A stretch of DNA of 53,990 nucleotides, from positions 1 to 53,990 of the forward strand of contig JABIYX010000152.1 of assembly GCA_018666575.1 (NCBI GenBank), in the 5' to 3' direction. A model generated the notes under the pieces. The model was given only the letters and a program-made list of their open reading frames with translations, made no database searches and was not told the DNA's origin. This stretch comes from Methanobacteriota archaeon. GTDB taxonomy: Archaea; Thermoplasmatota; Poseidoniia; Poseidoniales; Poseidoniaceae. Shown here piece by piece: positions 27,694-36,585 of the stretch (the stretch's first letter is position 1; each line of letters begins with the position of its first letter). A program made the position numbers and the translations under genes.

Positions 27694-28443
27694 ATGCAAC
27701 CAAGCAAGCCATTCTTTGAAGATGAATTCGGAGGAAGTTATCTTCTTGTTGAACCTGGTTCATTCATCTTAGGCGATCAAATTGGTTCAGGCCATCCGAA
27801 CGAACAACCATGCGTTGAAGTGACTCTCTCAGAACCAATTTTCTTGGGAGCACGCCAAGTCACTCAAGTTCAATGGGCGACTCGAATGGGATCAAATCCA
27901 TCAAAATTTCAAGAAGGTTGGAGCGCTGGTTTACGGCCAGTTGAAAGCATAACGTATGAAGAAGTGACACAATTCCTTGAAATTTTGAATTCAGAACCAT
28001 CGTCGTATCTTGGATTGAATGGGACTTGGCGATTACCCACCGAAGCTGAATGGGAGTATGCTGCTAAAGCAGGCACGATTACACGCTGGTCCTTTGGAAA
28101 CAAGGATTCAGAACTTGATGCACACGGATGGCATGCAGGTAACAGCGGTGCAACTACTCGGGAAGTTGGCTCCAAGAAAGCCAATCAATGGGGATTTTTC
28201 GATATGCACGGCTTAGTTCATGAAATGACTTCTGATCAATGGAATAAAGATCATTCTGAGCACCATCGTGGTCAAACACAACGAACTGGTCCGAATCCCG
28301 AATACAGAGTTGCTAAAGGGGGCTCATGGTTCACAGAAAGTGATTCTTCACGTTCATCCTCTCGAAGGAAATTTGATATTCACAAAGGAAGAGACGGAAT
28401 TGGTATTCGTCTTGTGTGGGAACCAACGGAGATGAAGTCATGA
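27694..28443 (+). CDS. FGE-sulfatase (SUMF1/EgtB/PvdO) domain protein lacking the catalytic Cys pair
   Basis: WRLPTEAEWEYAAKAG, GFFDMHGLVHEMTSDQW and RVAKGGSWF. No signal peptide, and no Cys in the region where formylglycine-generating enzymes carry their two active-site cysteines. Confidence 0.75.
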   Translation: MQPSKPFFEDEFGGSYLLVEPGSFILGDQIGSGHPNEQPCVEVTLSEPIFLGARQVTQVQWATRMGSNPSKFQEGWSAGLRPVESITYEEVTQFLEILNSEPSSYLGLNGTWRLPTEAEWEYAAKAGTITRWSFGNKDSELDAHGWHAGNSGATTREVGSKKANQWGFFDMHGLVHEMTSDQWNKDHSEHHRGQTQRTGPNPEYRVAKGGSWFTESDSSRSSSRRKFDIHKGRDGIGIRLVWEPTEMKS

Positions 28444-28772
28444 GGTATTTCCACAATCCTCGGTGCTCAAAAAGCCGACAATGTTTGACATATATGTCAG
28501 ATAATGTAGATATTGTACTCTATCTAAATGAAGAATTGCATCCATCCGTATATCTCTCACTATTACAACGATACGATGGTGATGTATCCGATCTCTTAAG
28601 ACTCCAAGAAAGTCCTGCTAAAGGAATCGATTTACTCTCGTACAGTATGGATGATTTAGCAGATTTCCTTTCTCGTAACCCTATTGTCCTACAACGGCCA
28701 ATTTACGATGATGGAGTTACAATTTTTATTGGAAGGCCTGTAGAGAATATCTCAAAGATATTTGAAAATTAA
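28440..28772 (+). CDS. ArsC/YfgD-family thiol reductase
   Basis: MRYFHNPRCSKSRQ matches the YHNPRCSKSR start of glutaredoxin-type ArsC-family proteins. Its ATG overlaps the upstream TGA (ATGA). The ORF-track start at 28416 was trimmed. Confidence 0.75.
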   Translation: MRYFHNPRCSKSRQCLTYMSDNVDIVLYLNEELHPSVYLSLLQRYDGDVSDLLRLQESPAKGIDLLSYSMDDLADFLSRNPIVLQRPIYDDGVTIFIGRPVENISKIFEN

Positions 28773-29260
28773 TCTCCTACTCGTTCTTCAATATCAACTT
28801 CAAACGAAACGTCTTCTAGATGCTGGTTTGGGGGTACATGGCCTGGTTTTGTATTCCAATTAACTGAAGATGAATCTTTGACTAATCTCAATACATTCAA
28901 GTTGATGAATACCTGCAAACCTGCCTGGGTTCTGTGAACAACAGGGGACACTTCTTCGTGATATGTTTGACTCATATGCATGCAAATTTCTTCAAATGTT
29001 TTCGTCCCATTACACAATTCCCACAAAACGCTGTTCTTATCCAAGAGTGGTCTTCGTAACTCCCTTGGGGCACGAAATAGTTTGGCAGCTATTTTTTCAA
29101 TTTTGCCAAACTTCTTTTCAAATCGTAGCACGACAGTTTTCCCAGTAACTCCATCGATCTCAGGATGAGATTTAGCATCGCCCGTACGTCCCCACCAAAC
29201 AGGAAGACGAGTAGGATACATGTTTGCCCAAGGATGCTGATCTATTGTTGAGAGTTCCAA
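28769..29260 (-). CDS. PqqD-family (RiPP-recognition-element-like) protein
   Basis: VVLRFEKKFGKIEKIAAKLFRAPRELRRPLLDKNSVLWELCNGTKTFEEICMHMSQTYHEEV...VFINLNVLRLV follows the stand-alone PqqD-family pattern (beta hairpin, then LDxxGxxVWxLxDGxxTxxEI winged helix). Confidence 0.55.
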   Translation of the reverse strand: MELSTIDQHPWANMYPTRLPVWWGRTGDAKSHPEIDGVTGKTVVLRFEKKFGKIEKIAAKLFRAPRELRRPLLDKNSVLWELCNGTKTFEEICMHMSQTYHEEVSPVVHRTQAGLQVFINLNVLRLVKDSSSVNWNTKPGHVPPNQHLEDVSFEVDIEERVGD

Positions 29261-29269
29261 TACATCACC

Positions 29270-29443
29270 TCAAAAATCAGTCCAAGTCCATGTGACGAGC
29301 GTTAACATAGAAATAACGCCAAGCATTGCAGAAAGTTTGGTTGCCTGTACGCGTTGTGTGAAATTACGTAGGTACCAAGTTAGTACTCCAAAAATAGCAA
29401 CGAATGCCCATAAGATGTACCATAGGGGGCCCTCTCCGTCCAT
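29270..29443 (-). CDS. possible small two-TM membrane protein
   Basis: ORF 29270..29671 overlaps the 3' end of the large gene. It was trimmed to the internal ATG giving MDGEGPLWYILWAFVAIFGVLTWYL...MLGVISMLTLVTWTW (57 aa, two hydrophobic helices). Coding status is uncertain. Confidence 0.3.
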   Translation of the reverse strand: MDGEGPLWYILWAFVAIFGVLTWYLRNFTQRVQATKLSAMLGVISMLTLVTWTWTDF

Positions 29444-29465
29444 GTGTTGCTCATCAGCAGGTAGG

Positions 29466-32400
29466 TCATGGCTGTTTCCCCAATCGATCAAGGTACTGTT
29501 GACCATAGTGGTGCCATTGTTCCATGGACCAACCATCTGGTAATCCCGATTCTGGAACGGGTGGCGAAGATTGTACGTTTTCCATGACTGGTTGTTGAAG
29601 TGCCGTATCAATTTTAGTTGCAGGAGGCCTATTTGTGATTGGCGGCCCGTGAATTTCGATTTCTTCATCATCTTCGAATGGAATAGATTTTCTTCGAATT
29701 ATAAGAGCGATTAACATGACCATGACTATTGCGATACCACCCGTAATTAATGTAGGGGCATTCATTTGAACATTCATGAATCCTTCATTTTCGTCTGGAA
29801 CTGTGTAAGTGATTAATTGTTCAGAAGACAAAGAAATTGTTTCATCAACCGATGTCATTGACACAATTAACTTCCCTTCAAGTACCCCATCTAGGCGATG
29901 AATTGTACAACTAAACTGCTTTTCAGCTATCTCTCCGCGAGAATATTGGAGGCTTACATTCAACGATTCAGACATTTGAAACAGATTACCATTGCATATT
30001 ACTTGCCAAGAGTCTGGATGGCTTATTGAAACAAGAATCTGTTCAGTCTGTGTTGATTCGCTTGATAGATTAATCCAAAACTCAGCACCAGTAGAATCAG
30101 ATTCTATGGGACCTGTTGGTAACTTTGAAACTTCAAACTCTACTTTCCTTTGTTCATCGACATAGATAAGGTTTTGATGCTCAATTTTTACTACATTACC
30201 ATCTTCATCGAGGCCGCCCTCAACATATGTCGTAATCACAATCCTTGTATTCAAAGGCACTTCAGGACCTATGATCAGATCAATAATCACAAGTTTTGAA
30301 TCGCCTGCACTCATTGGGAACGTTAGTGGATTACCCGGCACCGTTGTAGGGCCGCCAACACCAGCTGTAAGGAAGGCAACAAGATCGTTGGTTGGCGGAG
30401 ATGTTGAAACATCAAAGCCAATTTCCATATCAGACTCTAATGCATTCCCTACGTTCATGATTGTTCCATTCAATGTAATTGACGAATCTATCATGGCATG
30501 GATGTCCTTGCTCGTTGAGTTGTATGATGGATAGCGTACGCTTCCTGTCATCATCATGTGTGTGATTACATTGTCTGATGCATCGATATCTATGCCATCT
30601 GGTATGACTTCAACACCAATCTCATGCAATTCACCTGCGGATTCGCTCATAGGTATAGAAATTAGAATATCTATCACTGCTGTATTTTCTCCGATATAGG
30701 AAACGGTTAATGGTATGGAATTGCTTTCTAAAACAAGACCATCCTGCCGTAACATGTAATCCCAACTTGAGGGTATGTTCGGGAGAGTGAGTTCTGCTTC
30801 ACTTGGCCCGTTTCCATTGTTTACGATTTCAACTTGAATCGAACTCATAGCGCCAGGGAGTAGCCATTGGTCTGCATCGATTAATGAAATGCTCAAATCA
30901 TGAACCGTATCGATAAGGACTCGATCATATTGGGCACCAGTGAATGAGGAGGAACTACGGGTCGATGTAACAATCGGTTTGAATCCTGGTGCGGCATCAT
31001 CGGCTTGGCCATTATTCGGTGCAGTTACAGCGATATAAAAAGAAGCAGACATTCCTGGATTAATCGCAATGGCAGGACGGATCTCTGGTTCAATTACCCA
31101 TCCAATTTTGGGATTTGATTCGACTGATAGTTCGAAGATGTCCTGCCTCGAAGCCTGATTTGTAATTGTATAGGGGACATGTATTGTCTGTCCAGCTGAG
31201 ATGAACCGGTATGCCTCTTCATCTCCATCGAATTCTATTTCGGCTTGAGATATCATAGATGCTTGTATTGTTATTGATTCCGTAACGGTTCGACTCGTAT
31301 CGTTTTGAGCAGTGAGTGTGAGCCAAAAATCCCCTGTGGTATCGGGCCCCGCATCGCTTGGGACAGTCATTAAGAATCGTACATTAACAGGCTGGTTAGG
31401 CACAAGTCGGACGGATGAGAGTTGATCAAATGACAAAGAAGTACTCCAGCCAGTGGCCAAATTTTTAGATTCTGTAGTAAGGTCAAATACATCTGTCGCT
31501 TGACCAATATTACTCACTTCGACTTCGAAAACACATGATGAGCCGGGGGAACATTTTGGTTTTACATCCGGTTGATGAATGAATGGCATTCGATCAGCCA
31601 ACACTTGGAATTGCATTGCTTCTGTGACATAAACAGTAGGCTGTTGCATGCTTGTTGCAACGAACGTCATTTGAGTGAATCCAGTTGTGGCATTAGCATC
31701 TGGTTGTATTTTGACGTCAATTTGTTTCGATTCACCTGGTAGTAGGCGTATTCCAGTTGATGGGTTAACACCTGCTCCAGACGGGTATGAATAGGCAACA
31801 TTCCAGTCTTGTGGAAGGTTCAGGATTGACGGTGATATCGAATCTGATATGTTGCCAGTATTTTCAAGATTCATGGTAATTTTGCCCCATGACCCAGGCA
31901 CAGCGCCGATTGTTGATACTCCAGTAGCTTGGAAATCGTATTCTTCATTTCGGGCTGATTGGTCATATATGACAACAATATCATCAATCCAATATCCATT
32001 ACTTGTACCAGAACTATCGCTCGTAAATGTAAATTTGAATTGAGAATTAGCGTGAAGATGTTGGGATGGAATGACTGGGATAAGCGGTGTCGAATGTCCC
32101 ATGTTTACATTCGATATAGTTCGCCATTCTCCTAAATTAGCATCGACCGTTCCAGAGATTGTAACCAATTCATCCCAAGCTCCATTTTGGTTTTTAGCAT
32201 ATAATTTCAATTCATCGTTAGCGGCAGCGCTTCCAGTATAGAAGAACGAAATTCCATTGGTCATGAGAGGGTTGTAAACAGCATCGCTAAAATCAAGAAT
32301 TGGAGTTGTTAATGAGGATTGCATGTTGTTATTGTACGAGCCAGTACTGCCTTGACCTATGTGGCATGAACTGCCCAAACTCAAGGCTGCGTCAGAATTC

Positions 32401-32996
32401 ATTCCCCATAACGGCCCGGTATTCCAACCAACGAGGGATGTGCACGTGGAATAGGAATATGCAACAGTATAGTGCCTTGAAAGAACATCATTTCCAGAAT
32501 CATCATCAACGGCCCCGTGGCTTGAAGTTAAGAGTAATGTGTGATTTCCCGAATAGTTGACATATACATTGTAAAATGTGGCAGTCCCTTGTCCACTGCT
32601 GGTTAGACCGTTCATTGTGATCGTTCTGTTGGCCAATTCAAATTGTTCGTATTCATTATGGAGGATAAGTAGATGAAGCGTAATTATTCCAGAAGTAGAT
32701 GTGCCATCATTTCGAACCGTGACTTCAATATCCATCGGTGTCGAATTGACTGAGTCCGTCACATACAAGTCCGCTGGTCGGTTGAAATTTGGTATTGGAT
32801 GGTTGGATGAAAACATCTTGAACTGATTTTCATCGGCTAAATTAGAATATGTAATCGAGACATCAACCGGAGTGATGTCAATACCTGAGTTTTTGGAAGT
32901 CTGGGACTGAGATTCATCGTTGAGAATAGATGGGTCTGCTATTGAATGAAGAATGAGGAAAATGAAAAGAATTGTCGCAGACTGTCCTCGCCCCAT
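29466..32996 (-). CDS. large surface protein: signal peptide, CARDB-like and MAM-like domains, ~7 NEW3/CARDB-like Ig repeats, TM anchor, ~90-aa cytoplasmic tail
   Basis: Signal peptide MGRGQSATILFIFLILHSIA. MAM-like pattern (SLTTPILDFS..ISFFYTG..LKLYAKNQNGAWDELVTISG..WIDDIVVIYD). Repeated units of the type ITMNLENTGNISDSISPSILNLPQDWNVAY. TM helix ITGGIAIVMVMLIALII followed by RRK. The tail ends GLPDGWSMEQWHHYGQQYLDRLGKQP. Confidence 0.8.
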   Translation of the reverse strand: MGRGQSATILFIFLILHSIADPSILNDESQSQTSKNSGIDITPVDVSITYSNLADENQFKMFSSNHPIPNFNRPADLYVTDSVNSTPMDIEVTVRNDGTSTSGIITLHLLILHNEYEQFELANRTITMNGLTSSGQGTATFYNVYVNYSGNHTLLLTSSHGAVDDDSGNDVLSRHYTVAYSYSTCTSLVGWNTGPLWGMNSDAALSLGSSCHIGQGSTGSYNNNMQSSLTTPILDFSDAVYNPLMTNGISFFYTGSAAANDELKLYAKNQNGAWDELVTISGTVDANLGEWRTISNVNMGHSTPLIPVIPSQHLHANSQFKFTFTSDSSGTSNGYWIDDIVVIYDQSARNEEYDFQATGVSTIGAVPGSWGKITMNLENTGNISDSISPSILNLPQDWNVAYSYPSGAGVNPSTGIRLLPGESKQIDVKIQPDANATTGFTQMTFVATSMQQPTVYVTEAMQFQVLADRMPFIHQPDVKPKCSPGSSCVFEVEVSNIGQATDVFDLTTESKNLATGWSTSLSFDQLSSVRLVPNQPVNVRFLMTVPSDAGPDTTGDFWLTLTAQNDTSRTVTESITIQASMISQAEIEFDGDEEAYRFISAGQTIHVPYTITNQASRQDIFELSVESNPKIGWVIEPEIRPAIAINPGMSASFYIAVTAPNNGQADDAAPGFKPIVTSTRSSSSFTGAQYDRVLIDTVHDLSISLIDADQWLLPGAMSSIQVEIVNNGNGPSEAELTLPNIPSSWDYMLRQDGLVLESNSIPLTVSYIGENTAVIDILISIPMSESAGELHEIGVEVIPDGIDIDASDNVITHMMMTGSVRYPSYNSTSKDIHAMIDSSITLNGTIMNVGNALESDMEIGFDVSTSPPTNDLVAFLTAGVGGPTTVPGNPLTFPMSAGDSKLVIIDLIIGPEVPLNTRIVITTYVEGGLDEDGNVVKIEHQNLIYVDEQRKVEFEVSKLPTGPIESDSTGAEFWINLSSESTQTEQILVSISHPDSWQVICNGNLFQMSESLNVSLQYSRGEIAEKQFSCTIHRLDGVLEGKLIVSMTSVDETISLSSEQLITYTVPDENEGFMNVQMNAPTLITGGIAIVMVMLIALIIRRKSIPFEDDEEIEIHGPPITNRPPATKIDTALQQPVMENVQSSPPVPESGLPDGWSMEQWHHYGQQYLDRLGKQP

Positions 32997-33026
32997 ATCT
33001 GGGTATTTACCCTCGACGTATTTGAT

Positions 33027-33851
33027 TTATTCGTCAATGGATTCTGATTGAGCTAATTGCAGCTTTTGCTCGCGCTTTTTATCTTTGGCACGTGCTGCAA
33101 AATACACGGTGAATGAGGGGATGAGTACCATCGAAAAGCATCCGACTACTGCTGCAAGTGCCCACAAGAATTCCGTAGCAGCATCGATTGAATAGACTTC
33201 TATCGAAGAGAATTCCTCATTCACGGTCTGAATTGTGATGATTGGTTGAATGGATTTGTTTCCTGGTTCAACGATCTGAAGGATCAGTTGGCTTGAACCG
33301 TGGAGATATTCAATTTCGTTCCTTGCTTCGTTTTCTGCCTCTTGAATATCATCGGCATACACAGTTCCGTTTGATCGTCTAGCAGGATCTGTTGAGGTAA
33401 GAGACCGCAATTCAATACTGGAATCATCCGCTTCTACTTCGATGGTATCGCTGAATTGGCAGTGTTCAGAGCATCTAAAGTCAACTTTCTCTCCATCCAC
33501 GGTTACTTCTGCATCTTCAACACCCAAGAATTGATGGCTGTAGAGTTTAGCTGTATTGGACAATTTTATGATTGCTCCAGTTGCTAAATCCTCTATTGAC
33601 ATGTTTACCCATGTGAGGTTTTGAGCATCTATTTCAACAACTGAGGTCCAATATGTTTCGTTGTTTATAACTTGTTTATCTAAATCGAAATCATTGTATT
33701 CAGTATCTGTCGATTCTGTTTGATAAATGTAGTAACTTGGCGAAACGGTGGCACCATATACTGCATATGACAGCAGGAAAATCAGAGTCAATGAGAGCCC
33801 AATCAGCGTCCTTAGCAGATTGGGATTCTGTGCCAATGCTTTCTTCATCAT
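33027..33851 (-). CDS. hypothetical bitopic membrane protein (N- and C-terminal TM helices, extracytoplasmic acidic domain)
   Basis: Trimmed to MMKKALAQNPNLLRTLIGLSLTLIFLL because the longer ORF would run into the rps19e start. C-terminal helix FLWALAAVVGCFSMVLIPSF followed by a basic tail. Its stop lies 31 nt upstream of the large surface-protein gene. Confidence 0.6.
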   Translation of the reverse strand: MMKKALAQNPNLLRTLIGLSLTLIFLLSYAVYGATVSPSYYIYQTESTDTEYNDFDLDKQVINNETYWTSVVEIDAQNLTWVNMSIEDLATGAIIKLSNTAKLYSHQFLGVEDAEVTVDGEKVDFRCSEHCQFSDTIEVEADDSSIELRSLTSTDPARRSNGTVYADDIQEAENEARNEIEYLHGSSQLILQIVEPGNKSIQPIITIQTVNEEFSSIEVYSIDAATEFLWALAAVVGCFSMVLIPSFTVYFAARAKDKKREQKLQLAQSESIDE

Positions 33852-33981
33852 TACTCCCAAACATGCCTGATTCATGAAGACTTGCACTCGTCCAAAGAAC
33901 AATATGCTCATCAATTTATACATCAATCCGCCCGTTTTATTCAAATAGGGGAGACAAGTCGGAAGGTTGCTTGGTGTAGAC

Positions 33982-34476
33982 ATGACGACGTTTTATGATG
34001 TTCCTGCGAACTTTCTGATTCCAGCTGTTGCTGAACAATTGAAGAGCAATGCCTCGATTACAATGCCTGAATGGGCTAACGTAGTGAAAACTGGCTCCTC
34101 TCGCGAACGTCCTCCTAGCCAAACTGACTGGTGGCACATACGCGGAGCAGCAATGTTGCGTAAAATTGCCCGTCAAGGTCCGATTGGAGTAACTCTTCTT
34201 TCTCAGGAATATGGCGGCCGTAAGAATAACGGTTCCAAACCAAATACACCTGGTGTTGGATCACGAAAGGTAATCCGCGCAATCCTACAACAACTCGAAG
34301 ATGCAGGTCTCGTAGTAACTCAAGCGGCACGTGTTGTAGAACACGAGAACCGTGAACCGACCCAACTTTACTCTGGACGCATCATTACTCCAGCAGGCCA
34401 TAAACTTCTGAACGAAGTTGCTCATGCTGTACGACCAGAAGTTGAAGCAGCATACCCAGGACTCGACAAGTACTGA
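33982..34476 (+). CDS. rps19e: 30S ribosomal protein eS19
   Basis: MTTFYDVPANFLIPAVAEQLK...WWHIRGAAMLRKI...GSRKVIRAILQQLEDAGLV. Confidence 0.9.
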   Translation: MTTFYDVPANFLIPAVAEQLKSNASITMPEWANVVKTGSSRERPPSQTDWWHIRGAAMLRKIARQGPIGVTLLSQEYGGRKNNGSKPNTPGVGSRKVIRAILQQLEDAGLVVTQAARVVEHENREPTQLYSGRIITPAGHKLLNEVAHAVRPEVEAAYPGLDKY

Positions 34477-34490
34477 TTGGAAGTGAGTAG

Positions 34491-34859
34491 GTGGTTTCAA
34501 TGGTCGATAACACGTCTTCAGAACTTGAAGCGTTCCGACTTCGACGCCAACAAGAACTCCAACAACAACTTGCTCAACAAGCTCAACAACAAGCGGATGC
34601 AGAAGTTGAGTCCCAAGCAAAAGCAGTTGAACGCAATGCACTTGATTCCGCAATGCGTACAATCCTTTCTCCAGAGGCTCGAGGCCGTTTGACAAATGTC
34701 TCACTCGTCGATCCATCCCGTGCTGAGTTGCTCAAGAAGCAACTTGTTAATCTCCACCAAGAATCAAAAATCTCTATTCCTGTTTCAGATGAACAGTTGA
34801 AGAGAATCCTTGCCAACCTATCCAAGAGCCGCCGTAGTGCGTCTATCCGTCGAATCTAA
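34491..34859 (+). CDS. PDCD5/TFAR19-like DNA-binding protein
   Basis: Gln-rich coiled N-terminus, then [29 protein letters not shown]. It occupies the conserved archaeal position between rps19e and rpl39e. Confidence 0.8.
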   Translation: MVSMVDNTSSELEAFRLRRQQELQQQLAQQAQQQADAEVESQAKAVERNALDSAMRTILSPEARGRLTNVSLVDPSRAELLKKQLVNLHQESKISIPVSDEQLKRILANLSKSRRSASIRRI

Positions 34860-34875
34860 AGAAGGGTGCTCGAAC

Positions 34876-35031
34876 ATGTCAAAAAATAAACCAGCAGCAA
34901 AGAAAATACGCCTCATGAAGGCAGGGAAGCAAAACCGACGTGTACCCGTATGGGTCATGCTCAAGACCAACCGCAGCACAGTGTCGCATCCAAAGCGCCA
35001 CCACTGGCGCCGCAGCAAACTACAACGATGA
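34876..35031 (+). CDS. rpl39e: 50S ribosomal protein eL39
   Basis: 51-aa [33 protein letters not shown]...HWRRSKL. The ORF-track start was trimmed to the internal ATG. Confidence 0.9.
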   Translation: MSKNKPAAKKIRLMKAGKQNRRVPVWVMLKTNRSTVSHPKRHHWRRSKLQR

Positions 35032-35037
35032 GGTGAT

Positions 35038-35319
35038 ATGATGGCAAGAGCAGCAACATCCGAACTAATTGTACCACTTAGAAATGCATGGAACATTACA
35101 CGCTACAAGCGTGCACCCCGTGCAATTCAAATCATCAGAGACCAAGTTATTCGTCATCTGAAAGTCACTCCTGAAGAAGAGATCTATATCGATCCTGAAG
35201 TGAACGAAAAAATTTGGGAACGTGGGATTGAAAACCCACCGCGCAAGATCAAACTGACAGTCATTCGTCACGATGAACCTGATATCCCTATCGAAGTCAA
35301 ACTCTATGTGGAGGCCTAA
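35038..35319 (+). CDS. rpl31e: 50S ribosomal protein eL31
   Basis: IVPLRNAW...[18 protein letters not shown]...[22 protein letters not shown]. Confidence 0.9.
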   Translation: MMARAATSELIVPLRNAWNITRYKRAPRAIQIIRDQVIRHLKVTPEEEIYIDPEVNEKIWERGIENPPRKIKLTVIRHDEPDIPIEVKLYVEA

Positions 35320-35321
35320 TT

Positions 35322-35513
35322 ATGGGAAATATTCGACCAAGTTTTATCAAAATCAGAGCTATTCGACTTGTTGAAGAACATGGTGAGAAATTCACTGATG
35401 ATTTCGATCACAACAAATTGATGGTTGGCCAACTCACTGACGTTAGCACAAAGAAACTACGAAATTGGATTGCTGGTTACGTTACACGTTACCGCCAACG
35501 CCGTACAGATTGA
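35322..35513 (+). CDS. rps17e: 30S ribosomal protein eS17
   Basis: [13 protein letters not shown]...FTDDFDHNK...[16 protein letters not shown]. Confidence 0.88.
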   Translation: MGNIRPSFIKIRAIRLVEEHGEKFTDDFDHNKLMVGQLTDVSTKKLRNWIAGYVTRYRQRRTD

Positions 35514-35527
35514 GAGGAGTCGGTTCT

Positions 35528-35749
35528 TTGCCCATTTGGGTTGATTGGAATCGAACACCAGTTTCCGTTCATGGGGACGATGCTGAGCAACTTGAACTAT
35601 TGATTCTCCATTTGCGTAATCAATACAATGTTCGAAGACGCTCCCTTGTCATGCCTGATCGTGAATCCGGTGGTTGCCTATTTTTCATTTATCAAGCGTG
35701 TAACCCTATGTGGATTGCGGAATTTCTGAATAAAATGGAGGGTAAATGA
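35528..35749 (+). CDS. hypothetical small protein (non-ATG start required)
   Basis: An open frame bridges rps17e and the methyltransferase gene and has an ATGA overlap with the latter. There is no in-frame ATG near the 5' end. Candidate TTG starts are at 35510 and at 35528 (10 nt after GAGGAG). Confidence 0.35.
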   Translation: MPIWVDWNRTPVSVHGDDAEQLELLILHLRNQYNVRRRSLVMPDRESGGCLFFIYQACNPMWIAEFLNKMEGK

Positions 35750-36585
35750 TGGGCGATCGTAGTGATTTACCTCTTCCCTCATCCCCATATGAGCTTGTTA
35801 TCGTTCTTGTTGGCGTTCAGCATCCTGGTAATTTAGGGGCCGTTTGCCGATCACTCCTCAATCATGGTTATGATCGTCTACGCCTAGTTAATCCACAATG
35901 CAGTCCTGATGATGTCGAAGCTAGAAACCGTGCGAAACATGCAGGAAGAATTCTCGATAATTGCGACGTGTTTTCCTCTTTCAACGAAGCCGTAGCAGAT
36001 TGCTCAGTGGTCGTAGGTACATCGGGGAAACGAGAAGTTGGTTCCAAGACGCAAATGCGTCATTTTGTTTATCCATGGGAATTTTCAGAACGAATCTCTT
36101 CCCAAACCGAGACAGTAGCTCTTGTGTTTGGTGAAGAAGGGAAAGGTCTTGCAGAGGAGGACTTGTTAAATTGTGATTATCTCGTTACTCTGCCAACGTG
36201 GGAAGGATATCCGATTACAAATTTAAGCCATGCAGTCCATACATTGACCTATGAATTACACCGTAACAGGGTTATTTCAAATCAAGGTAAGGAAGACGCA
36301 TTGCCATCAATTGTTCCACTTGAGCGTGGAATCTCTGCGGAACAAAGAATCGTACTACGGAAAGCGATTATGGATATTTCAAAGAATTTACCAGGCGGAG
36401 ATGAGCGTAAAAAATCGTTTGGCCATTCTATGATTCGTTCTTTGCAACGATCCGGGTTGTTGAGGGATGAAGCTAATCGAATGATTGGAGGGCTCGTGGA
36501 TTCTGCAACTGCCCTCGCTTTTGCTTCAGGTAATGACGAATGGCGTGCATCAAGAAGAAGGAAAGTAATCCGTGAAGAAGAGTAA
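35746..36585 (+). CDS. SpoU/TrmH-family RNA 2'-O-methyltransferase (TrmJ-like)
   Basis: VIVLVGVQHPGNLGAVCRS, ALVFGEEGKGLAEEDL and LPTWEGYPITNLSHAV (SPOUT knot motifs), plus a C-terminal extension. Confidence 0.8.
   Translation: MMGDRSDLPLPSSPYELVIVLVGVQHPGNLGAVCRSLLNHGYDRLRLVNPQCSPDDVEARNRAKHAGRILDNCDVFSSFNEAVADCSVVVGTSGKREVGSKTQMRHFVYPWEFSERISSQTETVALVFGEEGKGLAEEDLLNCDYLVTLPTWEGYPITNLSHAVHTLTYELHRNRVISNQGKEDALPSIVPLERGISAEQRIVLRKAIMDISKNLPGGDERKKSFGHSMIRSLQRSGLLRDEANRMIGGLVDSATALAFASGNDEWRASRRRKVIREEE

Noticed and set aside
29270-29671. Full-length 133-aa ORF overlapping the 3' end of the giant surface-protein gene
   Set aside because: A 200-nt out-of-frame overlap with a clearly real gene is unlikely. 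Only the distal 57-aa two-TM part was retained, at low confidence.
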